A DNA stretch of 55,944 nucleotides, filler included, from Sphacelaria rigidula (taxonomy: Eukaryota), in NCBI GenBank assembly GCA_964200075.2. It is 6 parts of 6 records of this genome, joined end to end, with 100 filler letters (N's around TTAATTAATTAA, not from the genome) between each part and the next. Parts side by side here need not be neighbours in the genome. Positions count along the whole stretch, not along the records: positions 1 to 9,242 come from CAXNAA020008951.1; positions 9,343 to 18,584 come from CAXNAA020008952.1; 4 more parts are not named here. One strand, 5' to 3'. Both the position numbers and the translations under genes were made by a program. The notes under the pieces are model-generated. The model was not told where the DNA came from. It saw nothing but the letters and a program-made list of their open reading frames with translations, and did no database searches. Position 1 is the stretch's first letter. Each line of letters starts with the position of its first letter. Shown here piece by piece: positions 1 through 10,900 of the stretch.

Positions 1-382
1 CGTGGTGTGTTCGGCGAGTCGCACGAAGGGTGAGCTGCATCTGGCTGAGATTGTTCGGCCCGAGGCCTACTGGTTATCTTGCATTTGGATGACAGCTTAC
101 GATGAGTTGCTTTATTATCTGGTATCGCCACTTCCAGAGACAGCCACGGCTTATACACTGCCTCCTGGGTGTCTCACCATGGACCTACGACGTAGTACGA
201 TCATCCCCATTGTGCGGAGTTGAGGTTTTCCCACGCCGCACAACATAATCTAGCTCGACTACCATCATGGTTACCGCCAAAAAAAATGCAAGCGCGCCGA
301 AAAACCCCGGTAACCTGGTTGCCTAGCTTACGCAGTGAGTGGCGTGTTTTACAGCGTTATCGCCAACTGACGACAACCCCAT
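1..382 (-). mobile_element. Family A retroposon (SINE-like), 5' part; cut by the contig start
   Basis: Clearly alignable to 36545-36925 and ends at the same boundary (GGGGTTG[G/T]CGTC.. on the minus strand). Confidence 0.8.
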
Positions 383-423
383 GAAGCGCAGTGGTGTGTT
401 CGGCGAGTCGCATGAAGGGTGAA

Positions 424-525
424 GGGGGGGGGGGGCTCATGATCTTGCATGCTGTGGTGATGTGACCGTTGACCTCGCATCCCTACAAGGCCGGGACAGA
501 GCACGCCGGCCCTTCGCTGGACAAG
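424..525 (-). mobile_element. Family A retroposon, 5'-truncated copy with poly(C) tail
   Basis: On the plus strand a G-run is followed by CTCATGATCTTGCATGC..GACCTCGCATCCCTACAA..GAGCACGCCGG, the reverse complement of the family A 3' end. Confidence 0.75.
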
Positions 526-1280
526 GGGTGCGTGTTGGGGGTGGGGGAGAGGGGGTTGTCCAACATGCTCGCGTGTTTTTTAGATGAAGCGAAGGCGCTT
601 TGTAGGGACGTGCATGTCGAATATATTCTCTTTTTCCACCTTGGTTCATCTTGTTCGTGAGTTGGGTAGCTAGCATACTATATTTACTAAATTCCATATG
701 TGTCGAGCATAGGCATTCCTGAAATGCCATTTGGCTCGGTAGTATGGCGAAGGAGTGAGGTTCTCCGGCGGCTGTGCTCGCACGTGCTTACTTATTGCAA
801 ATTCTTGAGAGCAGTTGCGGTTCCGAGGTTTGAATCGATCATGGTTCAGACTTCATTTTATTTCATCCGTCAAATGGGCCCTGGGGCACAAAAAACCGCA
901 CCCTTCACTTCTGCCATGTGCACGTACGTACTGTAATATTGCATCATGCTGTCGAAGCTATTGAAACGAGGCCACGTTTTCTGTAGTATCGTGGTCTGAA
1001 TTTGGAAAGGTATTGGGAGTAGTGAGTTTCTATATTCAACAGCTTTGTCCAATGGCGGGTACGCCCTGTACGCCCTCTTATGGTGAAACACTCAGGGTCT
1101 TTCCTGCAAGAATATATTATATAAGTTGGAGTCGAGGTACAATAATCGGGATCAGCGGTCATGGACTTGGAATGGATTTTTCGCAGGAAGATAGTCTTTG
1201 ACCGAACTCTTGATGATGTTTCACCAAGGGGGCTGTTTCTGTGTTCATTGGTGCGCCTTGCTTGTTGTCACGCATTGCAG

Positions 1281-4200
1281 GCAACCGTTGCAGAAATCGT
1301 GCGGTTTCCGGTCGACGACCACAGGGACACGCCCATGGCCGACACCACAAATCTGGCGGAGATATGTACGCAAACGTGCAAAGGAGAGGTAAATCGACCC
1401 CACGAGATCGGACTCGATTTTTTGCGTGGATCGTACTGGTTGGGGTTTCAGTTCTCGTTGTGTAAATTACTTTATTCCAGCACGAGCTTCATGTCGTCCG
1501 TTTGGAGTTTGATTTGATTGGAAATTTCAACATATGCCAGCTTTTAACCTCCCCCCCCCTCCCCGAGTCTGCTCGAAAGGGATGCGTGGTCAATGGTCAA
1601 ACGACTGAGGCAAACAACAAATGAGTACGCCCCCCCGAGTCTGCCATTTCCGGGGTAGGACAGAGGTACCGTCAGATCTTCACAGGTGATCGCCAACTCC
1701 TGTGCATGGGGTGTTGTAGGTGCGGTCTTGCTCTCTAATTAGAGTTGTTGCCGTTTAGTCGAAGGGAACTTTGCCGTGTGCGCCCCCTCGTACTTACTCC
1801 CCTCATCTCATTTGCATGACCCGTTCTGTGGGGCTTCCCCATCCCCCGCCCCCTCTTCCCCGTCCGTGCTGCGATTCGGTTTTCGTATAAATACAAGTGC
1901 ATGGAATAATTAGTATATTGTTCGATAGTCGCTCTGCGGCGTAAAAAATTGCAGAGTTGTGTCCTGTAGGGCACGGGTTTCTGTATACCCAGGTTATTAT
2001 GCCGAGTGTTTACCGTACCCGACAGCTCTGAGACTTCTGTTAGACTTTCATACCAGTACCCGACGGTTCTGTAATCTCTGCAAGACTTTCATGCCCTTGA
2101 CCGGGGGGCACAGGAACGCTCTTGATAAGATACCTAAGTGCGGGTACGGTTTTCTGTGCAACCTATACTCTACCTGACAGTTTCTGTGAGTTCTGTAAGC
2201 CTCCCATACCCTTACTCGACAGTTCTGTGAGTTCTGCACAAAACGTTTACCCGTACCCGGAGCGCGGGTATGGTCTTGAAGGGATACCGTTTGCCGGTAC
2301 CGGTTTTCTGTAAGCCTCGCATACCGTACCCGACAAGTTCTGTAATTTCTGTGAGACTTTCATCCAGTACCGATACCCGACAGTTCTGTGAGCTCTGTAA
2401 GCCTCCCACACCCCCACTCGGGGTTAGGGTATACCGTTATAGATAAACCCGATTGCAGGTATGAGCACAGGTATTTACCTCGGAGAAGGACAGGTAGACG
2501 TTCAATCCACACACAACCGCATGACCTGAACATGTACCTCCCATCGATCAACCAACCCAACTCCTTCATTCGAAACTGCACACCACCAGTACTTCATTGT
2601 TGAAAACTTCTTTAGTTTGGGATTTGACGGGATACGAGGCACCGCTAGGTGGAAACACGACGAAACATGAGCAGCCCTGCAGACCGTCGGGATGGATCAC
2701 CCCCAGACTCGAGTGGTGGCTCGAACGGGGGCGGTTCATCTGCGCCACCAGAGGATCAAGTATTATAGCAAGACGCACGTCATCGACGTAGATGGTGGTT
2801 GTATCGTGGTCATCAAACCCCAGGCCTTTAGTGACATATACAGCACGGAGTATGAGCTGCCACCGAAAGTCGTCAAGGCTGTCGGCGATTTCGTCGCGTC
2901 CCGAAGAGCTTCCAGAGAACGGGCAGCCGTGAATGCTCCCCCATGTTTTCTCTGGGAGTTGTACGTGAAGCCGATAGATGTTGACGATCCCGTGCACATG
3001 TACTACTGCGACTGTCTGTGTAGTGCGCATGTATTACTGCGATTGTTTGTGTAGTCTTCCTCTATTAACCCCGTGAAGGCGTTCAGATTTTTCGTGAACT
3101 GTCATATGTATTTCTCCACTGTTGTAGTTACGTATGTCCCACCACAGGGGTGATGATGATCCCAAGGCCGTGTTTTGTAGGGTACGGTTTGCTGTGTACG
3201 CAAGATATTTTGCCGAGGATTCACCGCATCCGATAGTTCTGTAAACTCTGTAAGACTTTCATGCAGGCTGGGCCGCCCAGGACGCGGACAGGGATGTGAA
3301 AAGCCGATTCAGCAGCTCAATTTTGAGTCGCTCTTTGTAAAATTCTGACACGATGTACAGCACGTAGGTATGAAGACTCCATCTTTTGCCCCCTTCTTTT
3401 TTTTGTTCGGGAGGTATTCACGATTTTTTTGCGAAATAAATCGTTCTGAAATGTTTGGTCGCCGATAACTCACGAAGAAAAGAAACAAAATTTAGGGGGC
3501 GGAAAATAGAGTCTTTGCACATACATCCTATACATGGTGTCGAAATTTTGTCGAAAATGACCCAAACCTGAGCCTAAATCGCGTGTTCGGGTCGACAAAC
3601 TGTTCCCACGTGGAGATGGATCAGCCACGAAAAAACGAAAGGCGGTTATTCTGTTCAATTTCAAGTATTTTCCCACGAGATTCTGACACAATGCGCGTGA
3701 GGTATGTTGTGAAGTCCCTGTTGTCCGCCCTATGACATTTTTTTTTCCATTAACCCTCTTGGGACCGGATTCCCAGAACATGGTGTTTGTACACAGGGGT
3801 CCTTTTTGTTACTCGGTATAATCTTCATTCGTTTTCAAGTCAAAATGATGCCGATTCACAGGAACGCCCTTGCGTGGAAACACCATGTTTCTGGGAGCCC
3901 GGTCCCAAAAGAGTTAAGTTATCGACGCTTTTGTATCAGGAAAACTGTTCCGAATTTTAGATCATCATTAACTCCCGAGGAAAAAATGAAATAAAAGAGG
4001 GGGAAGCGGAAGGGGCTTCACATATACCTAATGTGTATCGTGTCAAACTTTTATGGAAAGCGACTTGAAATCGCGTTTTTCCGTCGAGAACCGGCGCACT
4101 TGCTTTTAGAGTACAACAACCTCAGCCGGAACTTCGACGTTTTTCACGAGCCCGACGCCTTGGGACGCTGGAGATCTCGTCTGCGTGCCATCTCAGACCC

Positions 4201-7200
4201 TGCGCGCGTACAGTACGACATGCATTGTTGTACAACCGCAGTTAGTGCAGCACCATCACTTTGCGGCCGCGGCACAACCGACTGTAACCATAAACGCGAT
4301 TTTAACCGTTTGTTTCCCTAATTCTGCCGCACATGCCACCCTCAACTCTCTACATTTTGCAGCGGACTACAGTTTAGTATTTCATTTGATGGGAAGTTGT
4401 CGGATCGCAGTGCTACTTGAAGTGAAAGATGCGCGTTGATTTGCAGTTTACCACGATGTGTCGTAGTAGGCACAGCTCGCGATAGATGGTCAGTTAGAGC
4501 CGGCTGAAGGAAAGTCCGCTTCTTTGGCGGCCCAGCCTGTACCCGTACCCGATAGTTCTGTAGTCTCTGTAAGACCCCCGTACCGTTACCGGGGGGCACA
4601 GGTACGCTCTTGATAAAATACCTGATTGCGGGTACGGTTTTCTGTGCAACCTCCATACCCTACCCGACAGTTTCTGTGAGTTCTGTAAGCCTCCCATACC
4701 CCGACCCGACAGTTCTGTGAGTTCTGTACACAAACTGTACCCTAACCTGAGGGGCGGGTATGCCCTAGAAGAGTTACCCGATTGCCGGTACCGATTTTCT
4801 GTAAGCCTCGCATACCGTGCCCGGCAAGTTCTGTGATTTCTGTAAGACTTTCATACCGGTACCCGACAGTTCTGTAAACTCTGTAAGACTTTCATACCGG
4901 TACCCAATAGTCCTGGAAGTTCTGTAAGGAATATCATACCCTACAGAACGTACCCGTACCTTACACAACACAACCTTGAAAAATTGTTTTCACTCTGGGC
5001 ATGTCACATGACCCTTGGTTGTCTGTACCATGTAATATGAACGACTTTTCGTTTCTGTCCATGTCCAAGGGAGAACACGTATCTAATTCCTGATATATCC
5101 GGGGCGTTCGATGCTAGCGAACTGCCCCATATGTTTCTTCTGCTTTGTACACGATAATCGAGAAGCATTCCATGCATACACGGCAACTGAATGTCGCCGC
5201 CCTGCACACTAGTATGGGTGAGTCATGGAAGCAATCAAATAGTTGACGACACTGGGGGACTAACTAGGTAGTATGGCTCTTACTTCGCGTGTTTGACATG
5301 AGCAGAGCGGTCCTTTGGCGACCTACAGCACCCTCCTTACCGACATGTCTGGGCAGCGATCGCACGTGGTCAGCAAGGTGCTCGGGGTTTATCAAGACGC
5401 GGCTCAGCGAGGGCGCGCTAGAAGTACGTGACTGGGGATGTGTACAAACTAGTTCAGTACCGGTACAGTGTCGTATAAGATTATTCGAGCAGTTTGTTAT
5501 TTCTACAAGTTCCGGTGGCGAGGGCAGGCCAAACACTCGTGCCTCTACTGTATCGAGAAGGAGGGGGGGGGAGGGGCGTACTCATTTGTTGCTTGCCTTA
5601 GCCGTTTAACCATTGACCACGCATCCCTTTTGAGACGGAGCACTCGAGAAGGGGGGGGGGGGTAGTGATGAAGTACAGTACGGGGAACGCCGTAGGAGGA
5701 ACCGCAGTCGGAGCAAAACTTACTGAACGTTGTTTTGCAACGCTGTACTGGTGACCCTGATAATGTGTCGCGGGTGAGCTTTTCCTTTGAGTGTCATTTA
5801 TCCATGGTCAGCTGCTGTCTTGTAAGAGTTTATTTGCAGAAAAGCTACCAGGTATGTCAACCGCAGAGGGGTAAATAGTTTTGCGCACTGCGCGCTCTCT
5901 TTAGTTTCACGTGGTGCTTTCATCGCAGCATTTGTAATCCCCCCCCCTCCTCCGCCCCCCAGTGTTCAAATGTTGAGACACCCATGATGCAGTGTGAAGC
6001 CCGTGGCTGTCTCTTGAAGTGGCAATATCAGAAAATGAAGCAGCTCATTCGAGGCTGTCATCCATATGCACGATAATAACTACGCTCTGGGCCAAACCAT
6101 CTTCTCAGGATGTAGCTCACCCTTCAGACGACTCGCGAAGCACATCACGGCGCTCCGCGCTTGGTGATTGATTGCGAGCCTGGTCCGTCGAAAGCTTGGC
6201 GCGCTCCGCCCTGGCTTTGTGGGGATTCGAGGACAATGGTCACATGACTGTGGCATGCATGATCATGAGTACACCCCCCATGTCCGCGCGCGTGTACCCC
6301 ATAACATTCGCAGTTCTTACCACGCTCACCGGGCCAAGCGACGCGGCGCAGGCACCCACCTGTGCGGCAGGCGAGCTGACGGCTAGAGTGGTGCTGGTGT
6401 TGGCCAGGCATCCGTTTACGGCGGCTTTCGCATCAGCTTGCGAGCACATCGCTGAGTTGATACTGGAAGAGGTGAGTCGTCCCCGAATTCTTCCGCCTCA
6501 TTTTGTTGTTGAATTCATGTGCCTAAGTGTATCCCAATGTGAGGGACTGCAGCTGCATGTGTCCAAAGATGTCGTTATCCATAGCAACAAGCAAGGTATT
6601 GGCTGTGCTGTCGTGCGTAGAGTGTTGCGGTTGGGGTTGGTGCTGGTGTCAGTATTTTTGTTGTTACAGAAAAAAGATATGTGCATGCCCTTTGTGATCA
6701 CAGCTTTTTCGGACATGATACCATGCCGTTTCTTGTCATGCTGATATTCCCGCCTGTGTTGTTGTTGTTGTTATTGTTGTTGTTGTTGTCTTTTGGAATA
6801 TCAGGCTCCTAAATGGGGATCTCTTGACATGTGGCCACTGGATCTGAACGAAGAGCGACGCAACGCGCAGATCAAGTTCGCGATGGAGTACTACGCCACG
6901 GAAATGCCGTTACCGCTGCCGTCTAGAGAGGCCAGAATCGAGTGAGCTTTAAGTCGTCTAGGATTTCACCGCGAAGATTTTGGGATGTTTTTCTGCACCA
7001 CGAGAAAACTACGCGCAGTATGATCATGCAGCAAAAGCTCTTGTGAACTCGCGTTGACTACTTCGCAGTCAAGGGATTGAGATTTCGAAAGGTTCTCAGC
7101 GATGCCCGTAAGAGATTTCGAGTCGTTGCCTCGTTGCTTGGCCCAAGTGTTGTGTTTTCAGCAACACTTTTGGGGGTTATGATGAATAAATATTTATAAT

Positions 7201-8578
7201 TTCCGTTTTTTTCGAAAGTATGGGGTTTGGCAGACTGTCCTGCGGTGATTATCACTGAGTAGAAGTGCTCGTTGTATTCGCTCCACTGACTCAATATTAC
7301 CACAGATGGACTCTAGGGTGAACCACGTGAGATACGTTAAAAATAACCAATTGAGTCAAGCACTACATTGAGGTCAAGGGTCGGGGACGGCGGAATACAT
7401 GGTATGTGGCCAGTAGGAATGGATTTGGCAAACAATGAGGAAGAAGGAGGCGATAGCGTCGCTGTTCCGCTGTTGAGATACTAGCCGTCAGTGCTGTTGC
7501 TAAATGCGGTACAACACCCAAGGGGTTGGGGACGTCGTGTGTTTTATCGATCCATCACCATGCTTACTGTTGGAAATCGTCTCAGGGTCTTGATTTTTTT
7601 CCCATCCACTCAGAGGGCGATGTCACTGGTGGGCGCCTTGTATGCCGTACGGCTCTACCCCCAGTACAGGGTGGTCAGGTACGAGAACAGTGAAGCGAAC
7701 CAAGGTTCAAGTCGTCGTCTCGCCCCCCACCACTCCCGGAATTCTAACTGTGATGGTGCTGCCGCTACGGGTACCAAATAAATCAGGGTGCTGGGGCGAA
7801 CTCTTCGTTATGGTGATGCTCACGCGGCGCACTCCAGCTTCCCGCACCTGGAAACCGCCGACGTGAAGCGGCTAACGTCTAGGCTTGGCCCTGACGTAAT
7901 CCTCACGGCGTTGGCCTGCTTGCTTCAGGTCGGGTAACATGCACCACAACATGACTGAGAGCGTTCTCGTTAATAGCATGCTCGTTTGAAACATGATCAG
8001 TTACGGTGGCTATCCTCTGCCCCGCTGTATTGCAGCCGTGAGGTACAATGCGGGGATGTCGAACGCTCACCACCCCAGCAACGTATGGAAATTGAGGCGC
8101 TGCAACATAACTGGTTGGGAACTCCTCTGCGAGGACAAGTTTAAGATGCACCCTTGTGCCTTCCGAGAAAATGACGTTACTCAATGCGATCCGTCAGTGA
8201 CATGTCAGCACCCCAGCACCATACGCTGACGAATGGTGTATCAACAACCAGCTAATTTAATGACAAGATGGTTGGAAGAGGATAGTGAAACGTACTATTT
8301 GTTTTGGCGTGTTCTGCCGACGTCTACCTTACCCATCCTTTTTCCTCTAGGAGCAAAGCGTTCTCGTCTTGAGCGAGCACGTCGAGGACCTTGCGCCGGT
8401 GATGACAGCTTTCCTGGGCTTCCTCTTCCCCATGAGGTGGCCCCACACCGTGATACCCGTGCTTCCCGCCTCTCTGATCCACTACCTAGAGGCGCCCGTG
8501 CCTTTTCTGATGGGCATGCACGTGTCCGAGTTGGCCAGAGTATCGGCGGATCTATCTTGCATCACCATCGTCAATCTG
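1281..8578 (+). CDS. DENN-domain protein (putative Rab GEF), partial multi-exon gene
   Basis: Six phase-compatible GT-AG exons: 1281-1388 (ATVAEIVRFPVDDHRDTPMADTTNLAEIC..), 5306-5423 (..YSTLLTDMSGQRSHVVSK..), 6371-6471 (..VVLVLARHPFTAAF..), 6805-6941 (..YYATEMPLPLPSR..), 7787-7928 (..FPHLETADVKRLTSRLGPDVILTALACLLQ), 8351-8578 (EQSVLVLSEH..FLFPMRWPHTVIPVLPASLIHYLEAPVPFLMG..). The motif order matches uDENN then the DENN core. No start or stop located; a possible upstream exon at 584-656 is not phase-joined. Confidence 0.85.
1573..1636 (+). mobile_element. Family B retroposon 3' end with poly(C) tail and TSD
   Basis: TCGAAAGGGATGCGTGGTCAATGGTC..ATGAGTACG-C7, flanked by the direct repeat CCCCGAGTCTGC (1561-1572, 1633-1644). 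Confidence 0.8.
1952..2435. repeat. Truncated copy of a TIR element with internal tandem (TACCCGACAGTTCTGTGAGTTCTGTAAG)-type units
   Basis: Starts with a degenerate terminus (CAGAGTTGTGTCCTGTAGGGCACGG); internal units align with 4540-4978. Confidence 0.7.
3264..4539. mobile_element. Non-autonomous DNA transposon, probable TA target (Tc1/mariner-like)
   Basis: TIRs CAGGCTGGGCCGCC (14 bp perfect, about 26 bp imperfect) at 3264 and ending at 4539. Flanks are TG and TA within the host unit GACTTTCA-TA-CCCGTACCC. Confidence 0.65.
3754..3913. mobile_element. piggyBac-like MITE
   Basis: TTAA on both sides (3750-3753, 3914-3917). About 35-bp imperfect TIRs CCCTCTTGGGACCGGATTCCCAGAACATGGTGTTT / AAACACCATGTTTCTGGGAGCCCGGTCCCAAAAGAG. 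Confidence 0.8.
5576..5643 (-). mobile_element. Family B retroposon 3' end with TSD
   Basis: On plus, a G-run then GCGTACTCATTTGTTGCTTGCC..GAGACGGAGCAC; flanking direct repeat TCGAGAAGG (5553-5561, 5644-5652), each running into a G-tract. Confidence 0.8.
5961..6279 (+). mobile_element. Family A retroposon, 5'-truncated, poly(C) tail
   Basis: Starts right after a C-rich run (5939-5960), ends CATGAGTACACCCCCC; aligns to the reverse complement of 36413-36740. Confidence 0.8.
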
Positions 8579-9008
8579 GTGAGTGCAATGGAGGCATGTT
8601 CCGCGTGAGGCGCGTTTTCGAAATGCGGTTCAGGTCGCAGCGTTGTTATTTTTTTTCTTATGCTCCCTGAATAGGCGAGTGATCCGTGTGGACACGTAAG
8701 CTTGAAAGCTGCTACCCTTGGAACGTTTCCAGCGTGTGCCGTACCGTACTCGTTTGCCATTTTCACTGTGTGCATGTTGCTGATAGTGTGCTCTTCTACT
8801 TTCAGAGGTGAAAGTGACAGCCCCCCCCCCCCCCAAAGAAAGAAGTGGGGGATGATGCAAAAAAGGAAAAACAGTTTCAAAGTGCAAAGAATGCAGACGG
8901 GGGAAAGNNNNNNNNNNCCGTTCTCCTTTTCCATTTTTCCTTTTGGGCTTTTTGGTATAGGTGTCCTTTTTACTTTTAAGGGGGAAAGGGAAAACCCCCC
9001 CCCCCCCC

Positions 9009-9242
9009 GAAAGAAAGATGTGGGGAATGATGAAGAAGATGACAGAATGTGCCAAAGTGCCATGATGCTAGACGGGGAAATGTCGAAATATTTCGATATC
9101 TTACAAGGAGTTGCATGAGGATGTACGTTATCACCCACTTCGTTTAAGGTATTTATGAATCACTTGATAATAGCAATAGAAGCAGCAAAGCAGGGGGTTC
9201 AGGTGGGTGAAGATATGGTATCAGGATTGATGTTCGCGGATG
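9009..9242 (+). pseudogene. Non-LTR retrotransposon (LINE) reverse transcriptase fragment
   Basis: Translates as ..MMLDGEMSKYFDILQGVA*GCTLSPTSFKVFMNHLIIAIEAAKQGVQVGEDMVSGLMFAD, giving the RT motifs GVxQGxxLSP (Q mutated to stop) and FAD(D), cut by the contig end. It begins immediately after a C14 run. Confidence 0.85.
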
Positions 9243-9342
9243 NNNNNNNNNNNNNNNNNNNNNNNNNNNNNNNNNNNNNNNNNNNNTTAATTAATTAANN
9301 NNNNNNNNNNNNNNNNNNNNNNNNNNNNNNNNNNNNNNNNNN
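9243..9342. other. Artificial contig spacer
   Basis: N44-TTAATTAATTAA-N44 (stops in all six frames). Confidence 0.97.
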
Positions 9343-9381
9343 CTGTGACCACGGGTTCGAGAGATCGAGCTAATGTGATGG

Positions 9382-9416
<35 letters not shown>

Positions 9417-9418
9417 TT
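9343..9418 (+). mobile_element. (TAA)n-tailed interspersed repeat end (LINE/SINE-like)
   Basis: CTGTGACCACGGGTTCGAGAGATCGAGCTAATGTGATGGATA+(TAA)n, identical to 18826-18880 on another contig. Confidence 0.65.
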
Positions 9419-10233
9419 AAACGCCCATCGTGTGACCACGGCTGGGCCTCTGGGGGATCACGCAAGACAACCAATCTAATCCATCACTCAATACCACAAC
9501 AACGATCATGACCGCCTCTGGCATTCCTACTACTGGGAGTAAGTTTCATCACACCAAAAGGCATCCACGCCGCTATTACAGTAATTTGTCTCTCGCAGTG
9601 AAACGGAACCACCCTCAAGTGGAGCACTTCACAACCAATCCAAAACAAAATGCAACCGCCAAAACAGACGAAACTGTTAAAAAATAAGAGCAGGAAACGC
9701 CGACTGCTCCAGGAGAGCCGTTCATCTCAACCGATCCATGGCTTTCAACAAGCATCGACCTCGCGCACCTCATCAAACCCTGCTCCTTGGCCCAAGTCGT
9801 GCGGTCCAGGCATCTGAGCTGGAGGAGGCTTGTACTCGGGCAGCGAGCCAACCGGCCACGGAAATATTCCTTTACACCTGGCGAGATATCCCAGTGCAGA
9901 GTGCGTGTGGTGTGTCAACGCATGTCGCCTCAATGTAGGTGCCTCCAAGGTACCCCGTCCCATGCCCACACACCCCTGTTTTTTCTTTTCGCCATCGCGT
10001 GTGTAAACGCCTTTTTATTACTCCTTTTACGTTCCTCATGATGAGTCAGCGTTGAGTGCCGCACCCATCTTTTCCCCGGCGCAATGAAAAGTTTCGCACA
10101 TGATCACCGAGCATTTGATCTGTACTCCTACAGCGCCATGCGTTTTCTGTACCGGTATTCGCCACCCTGCCTCTTTCACTCTTTCAGCCGACGGAAACCA
10201 GCACAACGATCCAATTTTTCTGGTTCAAAACTA

Positions 10234-10769
10234 CGGTAGTGGGCGGTCTATTTGGGGATGTTTGGGGCATCTCCTCGCGTACTACTCTTCGATAGGACTC
10301 GAAATTGCGGGCGTGGGTAGATTTTGGGACGATACATTGAAACACTGTGCCCATATCAGCGTCAGTTGGTGTTATGGGGCGAAACAAATACATACCCCGT
10401 CTATCAGGAGGGTGTTATTGACCGCGAAATTCAGCTTTCCGGCCCTAGTGCAACGAGTGGGCAGGGTTTCTAAAAAATAAAACTGTACATTTCTTCACAA
10501 ATGTGATCGGGACAGGCTCGATCGACCGGAAATACAGAAGAGTGAGAATCTAGGCTGAAACGTGGCAGGGCCCCCAGTGACAGGTCAGCCGGTAAGTCAA
10601 CCAATATTGAGTACATATGTTTTGTTTTTTCTTGGAATGTAGAGCGGGTACAAATATCTTCAAATCCGCGATGTGATGAGCGGTGGCAAGCGAAAAGAGC
10701 CCAAGAAAATCGCCAATTACGAAAAAATCGCAAAAACCACAAAATGAATAGTTAGACCGCCCACTACTG
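10234..10769. mobile_element. Tc1/mariner-like MITE (about 540 bp)
   Basis: TA-C(G/A)GTAGTGGGCGGTCTA ... TAGACCGCCCACTACTG-TA. A second copy lies in the opposite orientation at about 50968-51519. Confidence 0.8.
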
Positions 10770-10774
10770 TACAA

Positions 10775-10900
10775 CGAACAGCGACCATAGCGACCACAAC
10801 AACGACCATAGCGACCACAACAACGACAACGATCGAAACACCGCCATCAACACCGCCAAAACCGCCACCAACAGACAACAGTCACAACAACGACCACTCA
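10775..10900. repeat. Degenerate (ACA/ACC/ACG)n microsatellite with a duplicated CGACCATAGCGACCACAACAA unit
   Basis: Directly visible. Confidence 0.6.

Larger units (their letters stand above)
3163..4978. mobile_element. Non-autonomous TIR element with internal tandem repeats, interrupted by nested insertions
   Basis: Left end CAAGGCCGTGTTTTGTAGGGTACGG (3163) and right end CCGTACCTTACACAACACAACCTTG (to 4978) are imperfect inverted repeats. The repeat unit is split at 3263/4540. Confidence 0.65.

Noticed and set aside
2-223. Recurrent short ORFs (MVCSASRxKGELH..) at 2-223, 36546-36767 and elsewhere
   Set aside because: These are antisense translations of family A copies, with stops and frameshifts differing between copies; not a gene family.
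1952-4978. Tandem units resembling a repeat-spacer array
   Set aside because: The units are degenerate copies of each other and recur between the two arrays; they are internal repeats of a TIR element.
8835-9008. Apparent diverged duplication on either side of a small gap
   Set aside because: 8835-8907 is a garbled version of 9009-9080, and 8918-8994 a garbled version of 8745-8820. This pattern is typical of low-quality reads after a long C-homopolymer, not a real duplication.
9287-9298. TTAATTAATTAA palindrome repeated five times at regular spacing
   Set aside because: It is always embedded in N44 on both sides; an artificial six-frame stop linker.
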